DNA of 64,000 nt from Deferribacterales bacterium (lineage in GTDB: Bacteria > Chrysiogenota > Deferribacteres > Deferribacterales > Geovibrionaceae), in assembly GCA_050253075.1 (NCBI GenBank), contig JBFWJS010000006.1, positions 185,107 to 249,106 on the forward strand, written 5' to 3'. The translations under genes and the position numbers were made by a program. How positions within the stretch are numbered: position 1 is the first letter of the stretch; the number at the start of each line of letters is the position of its first letter. Of this stretch, positions 38,810 to 49,126 are shown one piece after another. A model generated the notes under the pieces. It was not told the DNA's origin. It searched no databases and saw only the letters and a list, made by a program, of their open reading frames with translations.

Positions 38810-38942
38810 GTCACTCTGAGGAGTGAAGCGACGTGAGAGTCTCATAAACTCTGATAATCAAGGTTTTATAGTCACTGTGACCAAAAGAGCTTAATAAGCA
38901 GTAGTCTGAGATTCTTACGCCTGTAAACATGCTCAGAATGAC
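38810..38942. repeat. Palindromic REP/MITE-like element
   Basis: Termini GTCACTCTGAG / CTCAGAATGAC; inner GAGTCTCA / TGAGATTC. Confidence 0.7.
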
Positions 38943-39069
38943 AAAAAAACATCTTCTTAAAATAAAGAATCCCCAATCTTGTTATCAAAATTGAGGATTC
39001 ATTTATTTAAATTGTGCGAAACAACACATTTATTAAATGGCTTGGCCGAAGCCCCCCATTAGATATTTG

Positions 39070-39879
39070 TTACTGAATCTGTTTGATCCAGTCGCTGTTT
39101 TCAAACCATTTGCTGTAGATCATGTCATACTTACCGTCGCCTTTAATCTGCTGAAGGTAGTTGTTGATCCAGTTTACGAAGTCGTAATCGCCTCTTCTAA
39201 CTGCGAAAGCAAGAGGCTCGAATGTGAACGGATGGTCGAGGTGGTGAAGGCTGTCTTTATGCTGAGATGTAAAGATAGCGTTCGGAGGCAGGTCATAAAC
39301 GAATGCATCGATTCTGCCGTTTACCACTTCCATCATAGCCTCTGACTCTGTCTCATACTGACGTTTTTTAGCCTTTGACATATATTTGTCGATAGCTATG
39401 TCGCCTGTTGTGCCGAGTTTAGCACTTACGACATACTTAGGGTCGTTAAGGTCTTTATAGGATTTAACCTTGTCAGCAAGCTTCTTGTTAATGATGATGG
39501 TCTGACCGACAACGATGTAAGGGTCAGCAAAGTTTACTCTAAGGTTTCTCATCTGAGTAACAGTCATACCGCCCATGATAAGGTCAAATTTATCAGTGAG
39601 AAGCGCAGGGATGATACCGTCCCATGCTGTAGACACGATCTCGAGCTTAACGCCCATGCTTTTAGCCATGTCGTTTGCAAGGTCAACGTCGAAACCGATG
39701 AGGTTTCCTTTCTTATCTCTCATCTCAAAAGGCATATAGCCGGGGTCAAGACCTACTCTGAATACCCCGCTTTTAACTATTGAATCCAGTGCTGAGCCAG
39801 ACTGCGCAGCCTTATCTTCGGCGAAAGCAGTAAAAGCCATAGCCAACACAAGACACAAAACAATGATCAGTCGTTTCAT
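39070..39879 (-). CDS. Polar amino-acid ABC transporter substrate-binding protein (SBP_bac_3)
   Basis: Signal peptide; YMPFEM, GFDVDLA, WDGIIPAL, GTTGD; ATG at 39879 with RBS. Confidence 0.9.
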   Translation of the reverse strand: MKRLIIVLCLVLAMAFTAFAEDKAAQSGSALDSIVKSGVFRVGLDPGYMPFEMRDKKGNLIGFDVDLANDMAKSMGVKLEIVSTAWDGIIPALLTDKFDLIMGGMTVTQMRNLRVNFADPYIVVGQTIIINKKLADKVKSYKDLNDPKYVVSAKLGTTGDIAIDKYMSKAKKRQYETESEAMMEVVNGRIDAFVYDLPPNAIFTSQHKDSLHHLDHPFTFEPLAFAVRRGDYDFVNWINNYLQQIKGDGKYDMIYSKWFENSDWIKQIQ

Positions 39880-39986
39880 ACTAATTCCTCCTAGAATGAT
39901 AAACAATAATATCACAAAGAATTTACATAGCAATTAACTTTATTGGATATTGATGTACAAAATTGACGAATATTTCAGAAAGAGTA

Positions 39987-41546
39987 TCACAAAGTGAAAA
40001 TGATGCGTAAAAGCCCAAGGGTATAAAGCGTTGCGGATATTGCCCTGTCGTAAGGGATGTCCATCCGCTGTACAAAAAATGCGGTGACAATGAGCAGAAC
40101 CCCCGCCATGAAAGGACGCACATGCTTAAATACAGATAGCTTCAGGCGTTCGATATCCTCAGGCGACAGTTTCACCTCAAGGCTGAAATCTGCCATCTCA
40201 TCGATGATCTTCTTTATCTTTTTCAATGTGAGCGGAAGCTCTATTGTCTCTTTTTTCGCTGTTTCGATAAAGCCGATGTCAAAGCCGAGAGCCTGCGGCA
40301 GCTTATCTTTCAATACTGGTAGTATATCTTTGATACCGTTAAAGTTTGGGATATAGTTAGTACCCAGCCCCTCCACGATAGAGCTGACACGCATGATGTA
40401 TATAGCCTCCTGCGGGAGCTTATAAGGTATGTTCTTCATAGATTCCAAAAGCTCGAAAGCGAGCGACTGCATGCTCTTTGAATCGAGGCTGGCATCATCC
40501 AGAATGTCGAAGATGCGCTCCGCTATATCCTGCAGGTCGAATTCAGGCGCATCCTGAGAGATAACGCCGAGACGCTTCGCATATCTGATATACATCTCAA
40601 AATTACGCTCATGCGCCGCTTTGGTCAGCTGTATTATAGCCTGCCTTGTACGTGAGGGGATCTTCTGCACCATGCCGAAATCCAGCAGGATAAGCTCGCC
40701 CTCCTCTGTCAGCATCAGATTGCCAGGGTGAGGGTCAGCATGAAAAAATCCTTTGATAAACATCTGGTCTACATAGAAATAAATCAGTTTTTTCATCACA
40801 TCTTCGAAGCTGATATTCAGCTTTTTCAGATGCTCTTTATCATCAAACCTGTATCCGTGGATGAAAGACATCACAAGGGCATCAGAGCCGGAACATTCGG
40901 AAAATCCCTCAGGGAAGCTGACACCGGAGTTTTTATAAGTTTCAGAGAATTTCTTCAGGTTTAACAGTTCTATGGAAAGATCGACCTCTTTGACTATCAT
41001 CTTGCTGAATTCAGCGATAACAGCATCCAGAGAGTTCTTTGTATTCTCTGAAAAGAGCGGTCTGAATATACCGTTGAAAAAATTGAGTATCTTTATATCC
41101 GCACGGATGACATTCTGTATGTCGAACCTGCGGAGCTTAACGGCGACCTCACGTCCGTCCATAAGGATGGCTCTGTGCACCTGCCCTATGGAGGCACTTG
41201 CTATCGGCTCGTCATCAAATTCTTTAAAGCAGACCTTGTCTTTGAATGCCCTTTTGAAGACCTTCTTAAAGTCCTTTTCAGACATAGGAGGGATCTCGTC
41301 GTGGAGCTGACGCAGATAATAGAGATATTCATCCGTGAAGAAATCCGCACGGGTGGCAAGTACCTGAGCCAGCTTGATAAAGCTCGCACCGAGACCGTTG
41401 ATCTTTTTGATCAGTTTTTCAGGGCGCAGAGGCTTTATGAAGAAAAAGCTCTTCTTCCCTTTTATTATCATAAAGACCGTCAGGATAACACGGAAAACCG
41501 CATATACCCTGAACGGATTGTAATATCTTCTAAAAGTTTTAAGCAC
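39987..41546 (-). CDS. AarF/ABC1/UbiB-family atypical kinase
   Basis: IKLAQVLATR, ASASIGQVH, VAVK, HADPHPGN, LDFGM; C-terminal TMs. Confidence 0.9.
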   Translation of the reverse strand: MLKTFRRYYNPFRVYAVFRVILTVFMIIKGKKSFFFIKPLRPEKLIKKINGLGASFIKLAQVLATRADFFTDEYLYYLRQLHDEIPPMSEKDFKKVFKRAFKDKVCFKEFDDEPIASASIGQVHRAILMDGREVAVKLRRFDIQNVIRADIKILNFFNGIFRPLFSENTKNSLDAVIAEFSKMIVKEVDLSIELLNLKKFSETYKNSGVSFPEGFSECSGSDALVMSFIHGYRFDDKEHLKKLNISFEDVMKKLIYFYVDQMFIKGFFHADPHPGNLMLTEEGELILLDFGMVQKIPSRTRQAIIQLTKAAHERNFEMYIRYAKRLGVISQDAPEFDLQDIAERIFDILDDASLDSKSMQSLAFELLESMKNIPYKLPQEAIYIMRVSSIVEGLGTNYIPNFNGIKDILPVLKDKLPQALGFDIGFIETAKKETIELPLTLKKIKKIIDEMADFSLEVKLSPEDIERLKLSVFKHVRPFMAGVLLIVTAFFVQRMDIPYDRAISATLYTLGLLRIIFTL

Positions 41547-41821
41547 TATTTATTCTTAAGCAGCTCTTTCAGCTCTTCTACATCTTCTTTAGTAGCGAGC
41601 CCCATGTCAGAGAGCACTTCTTTAACTATCTCTTTCAGTTTGTTCTGAAATTCCTGCTCTTCCTCTTTGGCTTTTGCTTTTGCCTTTTCGAAGAACTCGT
41701 CACGTTCAGCTTTGGACATCTTGCCTTTTTCGACCAGCTCTTTCGCTTCTTCCTCTATCTTTTCCTTCGCCAGCATCGCCGTACCTATTCCCAGATAAAA
41801 AAGTTCTTTGATATCAGACAT
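41546..41821 (-). CDS. Phasin-like (PhaF/PhaI-type) coiled-coil protein
   Basis: YLGIG...ELVEKGKMS...LATKEDVEEL. Confidence 0.75.
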   Translation of the reverse strand: MSDIKELFYLGIGTAMLAKEKIEEEAKELVEKGKMSKAERDEFFEKAKAKAKEEEQEFQNKLKEIVKEVLSDMGLATKEDVEELKELLKNK

Positions 41822-41850
41822 AATTGCCTCCGCTTAGTTTATAATAGATT

Positions 41851-43683
41851 TTACCCCAATTCGTTCAGCTTATCTTCATAATGTTGAGAACGCTCTTCCA
41901 GTTCTTCGGAGATGTGCATCAGCTCCTCCAGACCAGCATCGGAAAAAGCCTTCGCCTCGTCCAGAGCTTTGGAGCATTTCGCTATCTCGTCCGCATCGCC
42001 TTTTGCGGATGCTTCGATAAGCCTTTTATTGAGGTCGTCTATTTTAATCTCGGCATCTTCAAGCTGTTTTTCAAGGGTTTTAACCTTATCTTCTAATGGT
42101 TTAAGCTCTTTACCCTTTTCAGCGAGGATGTCTGCCCGCAGTTTGCGCAGTTCCTTTTTATTCATCGGGTTCACAGGTGCAGATGCTCCCGAGGCGTCAT
42201 CTTCCTGCCAGCCGACTTTTTTAAGGAACTCATCGTATGTCCCCTCGTACAGCTCGACATTATTGTTTCTGAATACTATGAGCCTGTCTGCGATGAGATT
42301 AAGGAACATCTCATTGTGTGTGACCATGACCACTGTACCTTTGAACTCGTCAATGGCAGCGAGGAGCGAATCGCACGACTGCATGTCGAGGTGGTTGGTC
42401 GGTTCATCAAGAAAGAGTATATTCGCAGGCTGGAGAATGGTTTTAGCGAGCATAACCCTGCTCTTCTCCCCTCCTGAGAGTACGGATATCTTCTTAAGGG
42501 CGTCATCACCCGAAAACATCATAGTGCCCGCAGCATCCCTTGCCCTCTGCCTGTCCACCACAGTATCAGTGTTTATAAGCTCCTGCTCTATGGTGTTCTG
42601 AGCCCCGAGGCGCAGTACGTTCGTCTGTTCGTATATCCCTGCTTTCAGGTTGCTGTGTGCTGAGACTTCGCCCTTGTTCGGCTGCATCATTCCGCAGAGC
42701 AGTTTCAGCAGGGTTGTTTTACCCTTACCGTTCTTACCTATGATGCATATCTTCTCGTTTGAGCCGATTGTGATGCTGAAATCTTTTATAAGCTGTTTAC
42801 CCTCTTCGTATCCAAAGCTGAGCCCTTTTGCGGAAAGGAGCTCTTTCGCCTTTATCTCTGAATAGTTAAAGCGGAATTCGAGATCTTCTATCTCTGCCAG
42901 TTTTTCCATCTTTCCCATCTTTTCCAGTGCTTTCACCCTGGACTGGGCTCTGCTGGCGAGCGACGCCTTAGATTTAAACCTTGTGACGAAAAGCTCCATC
43001 TCTTTACGCTTCTGCTCTTCGTTCTGGCGTGTTTTTTCATATATTTCTTCTTCGGTGGCGAGCTGTTCATAGAACTTGTCCGTAGAGCCGGCTATCTTCT
43101 TCACCTTCTGCCTGTGTATGCCGAGGGTATGGGTGACCACGCTGTCCATGAATGAACGGTCGTGAGTGATGAGTATCAGCTCCCCTTTCCATTTCGCAAG
43201 GAAGTCTTCCAGCCAGCGTATAGACGTGATGTCGAGGTAGTTGGTCGGTTCGTCCAGCATAAGCAGATCAGGCTCCGAAAGGAGCAGCTTCACAAGGTTC
43301 AGCCTTACCTGATATCCGCCGGAGAACTCTGTCGGTTTCTTATACATATCTGCATCGGAAAAGCCTAGACCGGAAAGTATCTTCTCCGCTCTCCATGTCT
43401 GGTCCTGCTCGTCTTCGGGCAGTCCGAGGGAGGCTTCCTCCAGTGCTGTCGGTTTGGTAAAGTCGAGCTGCTGCTTCAGGTAGCCTATGCGGTAGTTCTT
43501 CGGCATATTGATATTGCCGCCGTCCTGCTCCTGCTCACCCGTGATAATGCGCATCAGTGTCGTCTTCCCGTGGCCGTTGCGCCCCACAAGCCCGACCTTC
43601 TCGCCTTTGTTGATTCTGAAAGTTATATCTTTAAAAAGATCTCTGGCGCCGTACGCCTTTGATAAATTCTCTACGCTGATCAT
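41851..43683 (-). CDS. ABC-F family ATPase
   Basis: Two NBDs (GRNGHGKT/FSGG/LDEPTN and GKNGKGKT/LSGG/LDEPTNHLD), no TMs, C-terminal coiled coil. Confidence 0.93.
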   Translation of the reverse strand: MISVENLSKAYGARDLFKDITFRINKGEKVGLVGRNGHGKTTLMRIITGEQEQDGGNINMPKNYRIGYLKQQLDFTKPTALEEASLGLPEDEQDQTWRAEKILSGLGFSDADMYKKPTEFSGGYQVRLNLVKLLLSEPDLLMLDEPTNYLDITSIRWLEDFLAKWKGELILITHDRSFMDSVVTHTLGIHRQKVKKIAGSTDKFYEQLATEEEIYEKTRQNEEQKRKEMELFVTRFKSKASLASRAQSRVKALEKMGKMEKLAEIEDLEFRFNYSEIKAKELLSAKGLSFGYEEGKQLIKDFSITIGSNEKICIIGKNGKGKTTLLKLLCGMMQPNKGEVSAHSNLKAGIYEQTNVLRLGAQNTIEQELINTDTVVDRQRARDAAGTMMFSGDDALKKISVLSGGEKSRVMLAKTILQPANILFLDEPTNHLDMQSCDSLLAAIDEFKGTVVMVTHNEMFLNLIADRLIVFRNNNVELYEGTYDEFLKKVGWQEDDASGASAPVNPMNKKELRKLRADILAEKGKELKPLEDKVKTLEKQLEDAEIKIDDLNKRLIEASAKGDADEIAKCSKALDEAKAFSDAGLEELMHISEELEERSQHYEDKLNELG

Positions 43684-43747
43684 AAATTACCTGTATTTAA
43701 TTGAATAATATAGACAGTTATACTCTAAATGGATTTAAAATCAAAAG

Positions 43748-43772
43748 AAAAAGGGGCTTTTTACAGCCCCTT
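43748..43772 (-). terminator. Rho-independent terminator
   Basis: AAGGGGCT...AGCCCCTT stem with a U-run on the minus strand. Confidence 0.7.
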
Positions 43773-43778
43773 CGTTAG

Positions 43779-44075
43779 TTACTTTTTATGAACGTTGAAC
43801 AGGTCTAAAAGGTTTAGCTGATCCAGCAGCTTATAGAGGCGTTCGTCCCACACGTTTACAGTGAGATGTATGCCGTCAACGTTTATCATCTTTATCAGGT
43901 ATCCGATAACAGAGGACACCATCGAGAGCGAATCCACAACATTAAGCGTGATGTGTGTCTCCCCGTGAGCCACCATAGACTGGGATTCTCTCTTGATCTT
44001 GTTATAGTCGTCAAGGGACTTTATGTTTCCGGTGATTTCAAGGACATTCTTGCCGGTTGCTTTTATTTCCATCAA
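43779..44075 (-). CDS. Small STAS-like hypothetical protein
   Basis: ITGNI...DSLSMVSSVIGYL...LLDQLNLLDLF resembles the STAS pattern; 8 nt downstream of the MCP. Confidence 0.65.
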   Translation of the reverse strand: MMEIKATGKNVLEITGNIKSLDDYNKIKRESQSMVAHGETHITLNVVDSLSMVSSVIGYLIKMINVDGIHLTVNVWDERLYKLLDQLNLLDLFNVHKK

Positions 44076-44083
44076 TGAAACTC

Positions 44084-46039
44084 CTATACCTTGAACTTTT
44101 TGAGCTGTGCTGAGACAGTGCTGGATTTCTCTGCGAGAGTTCCCGCCACCTGCTCGACATTCGCGCCAGCCTGTGTATTCTCCATAGACAGGTTGGTAAT
44201 GTCTTCCATAGCACCTATCATGTCTTTAGTCTTCGTAGCGATGTATGTACTCATCTTAACCATCTCTGAAGAAACCGCAACGGTCTCGTCAAGTTTACGG
44301 CTTGTGTCGTCAGCGAGAGTAATGAGCTCTCCCGACTGCTCGGATGCGTTTCTCATACTTTCTGAAACAGCGGTGATGGCCTGTGATGCCCCGCCGATAC
44401 TGCCTACGATCTGTGTGGTGATCTTGCTGATGTCAGAAAGAGACGTCTGTGTCCTCTCCGCCAGCTTTCTCACCTCGTCGGCAACAACGGCAAATCCGCG
44501 TCCGTGCTCCCCTGCTCTGGCTGCCTCGATAGAGGCGTTAAGTGCGAGGAGGTTTGTCTGGTCGGCGATATCGGATATGATGCCGAGAACAGACTGTATC
44601 TCTTTAGCCTGCTGGTTCAGCTCGTGCATGTTTGTAGCTAGGTCTAGCTGGGATTCGCTGTCTGCGACTATCCTGTCGACGACCACATTCATGTTAGTAA
44701 CGAGCTCCTGAAGGCTGTCACGTCCTTTTTCCAGAACCTCTGTGGTGGTAACGGCGAGCTCCTCTGTTTTATCGAGGTTGTCTGCCACTTCATTCACAAG
44801 GTTGCTGCTCTGCTCAACTTTCTCCGTCTGCATAGCGATGTTCTGAGAAAGAGTCGCAGCAGTGGCCGAAAGCTCCTCGCTGGCGCTCACGTTCTCGAGC
44901 ATACCGTCCAGAGAAGCCTGAACAGTGTGCTGAACCTTCTCTATGAACTGGTTCATGTTGTCGGCGGCTACTTCAAATTCGTCGCCTGTTTTAATGTCTA
45001 TGCGCATGGTCAGGTCGCCGTCGCCCGAAGCGAGCTCATGGGTGGTGTCTATGAGCGCTCTCAGCTTCGGAGTGATAACTATGCGGAGCATGATGATAAG
45101 CCCTGCAAAGATAACAAGGAAGCCGATGATGGTGATGACTATCTGTATCAGAGCCATACTCTTCGCAGCGGCAATCTCTCCGCTGACAACGTCTATCTCT
45201 TTCGCCATGTAGAAGAGACCGATGTCTTCACCGCTGAAATCCTTCAGAGGGTATTTCACCACGAAGTAATTACCGGTAGTAAAGTACGATCTAGGCGAAT
45301 TAAGTTCATCTTCGGAATATGTTTTAAAATCATCGAAGAAGTTCTGGTTAGTAAATTCGTTCTTTATAACAGTATAAGGACCGACCTGTACACCCGCATC
45401 AGAAGGCACGAGACCTGCTTTAATAGCGACGATGGTGCGCACGGCAAGGTCTATCTCGGCATCTTCGATAACTTTATCGCTGGGCAGCATGACCTCGAGA
45501 GAGCCGACGTAATAGTCCTCCCCCTGAATGAGCGGAACTATGCCTCTCATAGTGAGTCCTGCCTGACCGAGCTCGAGAGCATCGACAGGTGCCTGTGTCT
45601 GTTTTACTTTCAGGATGGATTTTCTGAAACTGCTGAGATCATCGCCATACTTATCAGGAGCCCACGCACGGAGGAAGCTCTTCACATCCTCGGTGTGTAC
45701 ATGAACTTTAAAGGTGTATGGGAGCGCATCCGAGAGCATGTCGGATGCTCTTTTCAGGATATCCTGAGCTGCCCTTCTGTCTTCGAGCACGACAGAAGAG
45801 ATAAGATTATCATTACTGGCCAGTGCCACTGCATTACTTATACAAAGGTTAAGAGTGGACGTTATCGCCTGATCCATATAGGAAGTCATGGCGAGAGCTT
45901 CCTGCCGGTAAACGTCCGTCTCGATCTTTTTAATAACAATAAATGAGTACACCGCAATAACTGCTACAGTTAAAACTATAATTGCAACAATAGGTAATAA
46001 GAATTTCTTGGCTATACTTGCGTTTTTCTTAGAAGCCAT
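44084..46039 (-). CDS. Methyl-accepting chemotaxis protein with Cache sensor and HAMP
   Basis: SFLRAW...GDDLSSFR...[11 protein letters not shown]ache motif, [16 protein letters not shown] signalling domain. Confidence 0.93.
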   Translation of the reverse strand: MASKKNASIAKKFLLPIVAIIVLTVAVIAVYSFIVIKKIETDVYRQEALAMTSYMDQAITSTLNLCISNAVALASNDNLISSVVLEDRRAAQDILKRASDMLSDALPYTFKVHVHTEDVKSFLRAWAPDKYGDDLSSFRKSILKVKQTQAPVDALELGQAGLTMRGIVPLIQGEDYYVGSLEVMLPSDKVIEDAEIDLAVRTIVAIKAGLVPSDAGVQVGPYTVIKNEFTNQNFFDDFKTYSEDELNSPRSYFTTGNYFVVKYPLKDFSGEDIGLFYMAKEIDVVSGEIAAAKSMALIQIVITIIGFLVIFAGLIIMLRIVITPKLRALIDTTHELASGDGDLTMRIDIKTGDEFEVAADNMNQFIEKVQHTVQASLDGMLENVSASEELSATAATLSQNIAMQTEKVEQSSNLVNEVADNLDKTEELAVTTTEVLEKGRDSLQELVTNMNVVVDRIVADSESQLDLATNMHELNQQAKEIQSVLGIISDIADQTNLLALNASIEAARAGEHGRGFAVVADEVRKLAERTQTSLSDISKITTQIVGSIGGASQAITAVSESMRNASEQSGELITLADDTSRKLDETVAVSSEMVKMSTYIATKTKDMIGAMEDITNLSMENTQAGANVEQVAGTLAEKSSTVSAQLKKFKV

Positions 46040-46132
46040 CAGAAGAACCTCCGTTTCATCTAAAATAACAAAGTGTTACTTTAAATTAGCAACCTATCAT
46101 AACAAACAGTTTACATTAATTTCAATAACTAT

Positions 46133-47536
46133 TTAAAGTATTTCGGCAGCTACCGAAGCGAGTCTGCTTCTCTCTCCTTTATCAAGATAAATAGTGGACG
46201 CATGCTTGAAACGTGCGTAAGTAAATTTCTCTGACGCATTAACAAGTCCGTTGTCCCTTTCATTCAGATAAGGGTTGTCTATCTGCTTAAGGTCGCCTGT
46301 GAAAACGAGCTTTGAGTTCACCCCTGCTCTGGTGATGATGGTCTTTATCTCGTGCGGGCTGAGGTTCTGAGACTCGTCTATTACAAGGTAAGTATCCATA
46401 AGGGTACGTCCTCTGATGTATGTGAGTGCTTCTATCTCAAGCATTTTCGAAGATTTGAGATAGTCGATGGTGGCGTCGTGCATCTGAGATTTGGAGAGAT
46501 ATTCGTCTTTTGTCTCCAGCTTCCCTTTGTCCATCATGTGCACGATGAACTCCATATTGTCATAGATAGGCTTAAGCCACGGGTCGAGTTTCTCGTTTAT
46601 ACCGCCCGGCAGATAGCCTATGTCGCGCCCCATAGGGATAGGCGAACGTGTGACAACCAGCCTTTTAAATCTGTCATTCAGCACAGAGTGAAGCCCAGCA
46701 CATAGAGCGAGGAGCGTCTTACCCGTACCGGCGATACCGATGGCAAAGACGATGTCGATATCCGGATCAAGGAGCGAATCCATAAGGTATATCTGCTTCC
46801 TGTTCGCCGGAGTGATGCCGAGGACAGGCTCGTTCTGATGGAGCAGTCTGAACACTCCCGAGTCGTCCGTGCCGTTGCCTATGTATCGCACAAGTGCGCT
46901 TTTCTGCTGGTTTATCTGACCTTTCAGTATGAAGTATTCGTTCACCCTCGGGGCGAATTCCGCATCTTCATTTCTGTATATGCCGCTTGGGCATGGGAGC
47001 TCTTTTGCATGATAGAGCTCGTCTATGTATTCATCCTGAACATAGACAGTATCGTCGTGCTGTTCTATGAATGATGTACTCTTTTCGTGGTAATAGTCTT
47101 CTGCCTTCAGCCCCATAGCGTTTGCTTTGATGCGTAGGTTCACGTCTTTGGAGACAATGACAGTCTCTTTCTTCGACTCTTTCTGAACCTGAAGAGCGAT
47201 GGCGAGGATGATGTTGTCATTCTTGCCTATGTCGAAGCCAGGGGGGATCATAGCCTTTGTGGCTTCATCCTGAAAGCGTATGCTGAACTTTCCGCCGTCC
47301 TGAAGAGGTACGCCTTTCAGCAGGTCGCCCTTATCCTCTCTGTACTGCTCGACTATGCGTATGAACTGTCTGGCATTATAGCCGTTCAGGTCTACGTTCT
47401 TTTTAAAGGAGTCAACCTCCTCAAGAACTACCGCAGGCAGTATTATGTTATTATTATCAAAAGTTTCTATACAATTGGGGGAATACAGAATAACATTGGT
47501 ATCAATAATAAAATTCTTTACTTTACGAGGTGCCAT
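46133..47536 (-). CDS. PIN-PhoH (PhoH2/YlaK-like) protein
   Basis: PIN IIDTNVIL, NDNIIL, VSKDVNLRIKA; PhoH GIAGTGKT, GYLPG, YIRGRT, IDESQN, GDLKQID. Confidence 0.92.
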   Translation of the reverse strand: MAPRKVKNFIIDTNVILYSPNCIETFDNNNIILPAVVLEEVDSFKKNVDLNGYNARQFIRIVEQYREDKGDLLKGVPLQDGGKFSIRFQDEATKAMIPPGFDIGKNDNIILAIALQVQKESKKETVIVSKDVNLRIKANAMGLKAEDYYHEKSTSFIEQHDDTVYVQDEYIDELYHAKELPCPSGIYRNEDAEFAPRVNEYFILKGQINQQKSALVRYIGNGTDDSGVFRLLHQNEPVLGITPANRKQIYLMDSLLDPDIDIVFAIGIAGTGKTLLALCAGLHSVLNDRFKRLVVTRSPIPMGRDIGYLPGGINEKLDPWLKPIYDNMEFIVHMMDKGKLETKDEYLSKSQMHDATIDYLKSSKMLEIEALTYIRGRTLMDTYLVIDESQNLSPHEIKTIITRAGVNSKLVFTGDLKQIDNPYLNERDNGLVNASEKFTYARFKHASTIYLDKGERSRLASVAAEIL

Positions 47537-47660
47537 ATTAACTCCGATGTGGTATGTGATATAATATGTTAGTATCCTGTATAACTATATGTCAAGCGAG
47601 ACTTAGGCAGCTTATTGCCCTTTGACAAATAGTTGATAGACATCGGACATGGAGTATTAA

Positions 47661-48779
47661 TTGGCAGTAAAAGAGAAGCACTACGGCAGGGTAAGGCCTG
47701 TCAGCTTCAAAACCATATACGAAAAACAGCTTTATAACGTTTTAAGCGACCTCAGATTCCCGCTTATGACAGTGATATTTTTCACGACCTTATATGTCCT
47801 CGTCATGATGATAATAAACCACAGGACAGACGGCGAGAGCGTCACAAACTATATTTTCCACACGGTAATAACCTTTACCACCATCGGCTTCACCGAGGGA
47901 TACACAGACAATATCACCATGAACAGGATTGTCACCTCAGTATTCCTGATGATAGCCTTCCCCCTTGTATATTTCTACGGGCTGGCTGCCACCGTGCAGG
48001 TTATCCTTCAGGGGGATATAAAGAACAAGTTCAGACACTGGAGGATGTACGCTAAAATGGAACACATCAAAGACCACTACATCATATGCGGTTTCAACGA
48101 AACCTCTAAAGAGATAATGCGCAGCTTCATAAAGCGTAAGATACCCTTTGTGCTCTTAGAACCCGACGAATCAAACAGAGACGAGATAGTCAACTTCGGC
48201 GTGAAATTCTATGCCGTGGCACAGCCACAGAGGCGTGACGTGCTCCTCGGGCTCTTCATCGAAAACTCGAAGGGGCTCATAACAACATTCGACGACGACA
48301 CCCTCGACATCGCCATAATAGTTACGGCGAGGCTCATCATGCCTGATAAAGAGAATTACTATATATTCTCCACCGCTACAACAGAGATGGACTCTGAAAA
48401 GATGAAGCTCCTCGGCGCAAACGAGGTGATAGTCCCCGCCGTCACGACAGGACGAAGGATAACATCATACGTCGTACACCCGCCCTCACCCGCCATGAGC
48501 GGCTTCCTCGACCTTGTGGCATACGGTGAAAAGAGCAATGTGGACATAGTGGAGATAAAGATAATGGCAGGCTCCGAGCTCGCTGGTAAAACCATCGAGA
48601 CATCGGGATTCCGAGCTAAAACAGGAACGAACATCATCGCCACCGTAAACGATAAGGGCGAGGTAAATACAATCCCCGAGAGGGACACAATGCTCTCCGA
48701 AGGGACGTCGATAATAGTACTGGGCACACCGAAACAGCTAGAGACAGTTGCCGCTTTTGCCAAAGGAGGAAACAAATGA
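47661..48779 (+). CDS. Two-TM potassium channel with RCK (TrkA-N/TrkA-C) domains
   Basis: Pore TVITFTTIGFTE, HYIICGF, GANEVIVP, TrkA-C; TTG start with GGAG. Confidence 0.85.
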   Translation: MAVKEKHYGRVRPVSFKTIYEKQLYNVLSDLRFPLMTVIFFTTLYVLVMMIINHRTDGESVTNYIFHTVITFTTIGFTEGYTDNITMNRIVTSVFLMIAFPLVYFYGLAATVQVILQGDIKNKFRHWRMYAKMEHIKDHYIICGFNETSKEIMRSFIKRKIPFVLLEPDESNRDEIVNFGVKFYAVAQPQRRDVLLGLFIENSKGLITTFDDDTLDIAIIVTARLIMPDKENYYIFSTATTEMDSEKMKLLGANEVIVPAVTTGRRITSYVVHPPSPAMSGFLDLVAYGEKSNVDIVEIKIMAGSELAGKTIETSGFRAKTGTNIIATVNDKGEVNTIPERDTMLSEGTSIIVLGTPKQLETVAAFAKGGNK

Positions 48780-49126
48780 TTCAATGGAGCAAGGTCTGGT
48801 CCGACCTTTTTATAATTCTGGCGCTCACCAGCAACGTGGGCTTTCTCGTCAGCAACGACCCGTATCAGCTCATCATCGCCATAGGGGTTAACCTTATCGC
48901 CACCGTGCTGAAATTCAATATTAAGAAGTTTCTCGCTGCGGAGCTTCTGGCGACTGCTTTCATAGCAGACCTTCACCTTATACCGACTGCAATATTATAC
49001 TTTTCGGGGTCTACATCCACATTGGTAACAGGGCTTGCCGTGGGTGCGGCAGTGGCGAACCTTATCAGCGTGATACTGATAATTATAGATATAATAATGT
49101 CTTACAAATATCAGGACGAATATTAA
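48776..49126 (+). CDS. Four-TM membrane protein (DUF6394-like)
   Basis: WSKV...LALTSNVGF, VNLIATVLK, LLATAFIADLHLI, ANLISVIL; ATGA overlap with the channel gene. Confidence 0.7.
   Translation: MIQWSKVWSDLFIILALTSNVGFLVSNDPYQLIIAIGVNLIATVLKFNIKKFLAAELLATAFIADLHLIPTAILYFSGSTSTLVTGLAVGAAVANLISVILIIIDIIMSYKYQDEY

Noticed and set aside
44927..45946. 339-aa ORF antisense to an MCP
   Set aside because: Fully overlaps a clear gene; no protein-family signal
47540..47600. Pho-box-like ACA repeats upstream of the PhoH gene
   Set aside because: Spacing is irregular (11-12 bp) and the hexamers match poorly
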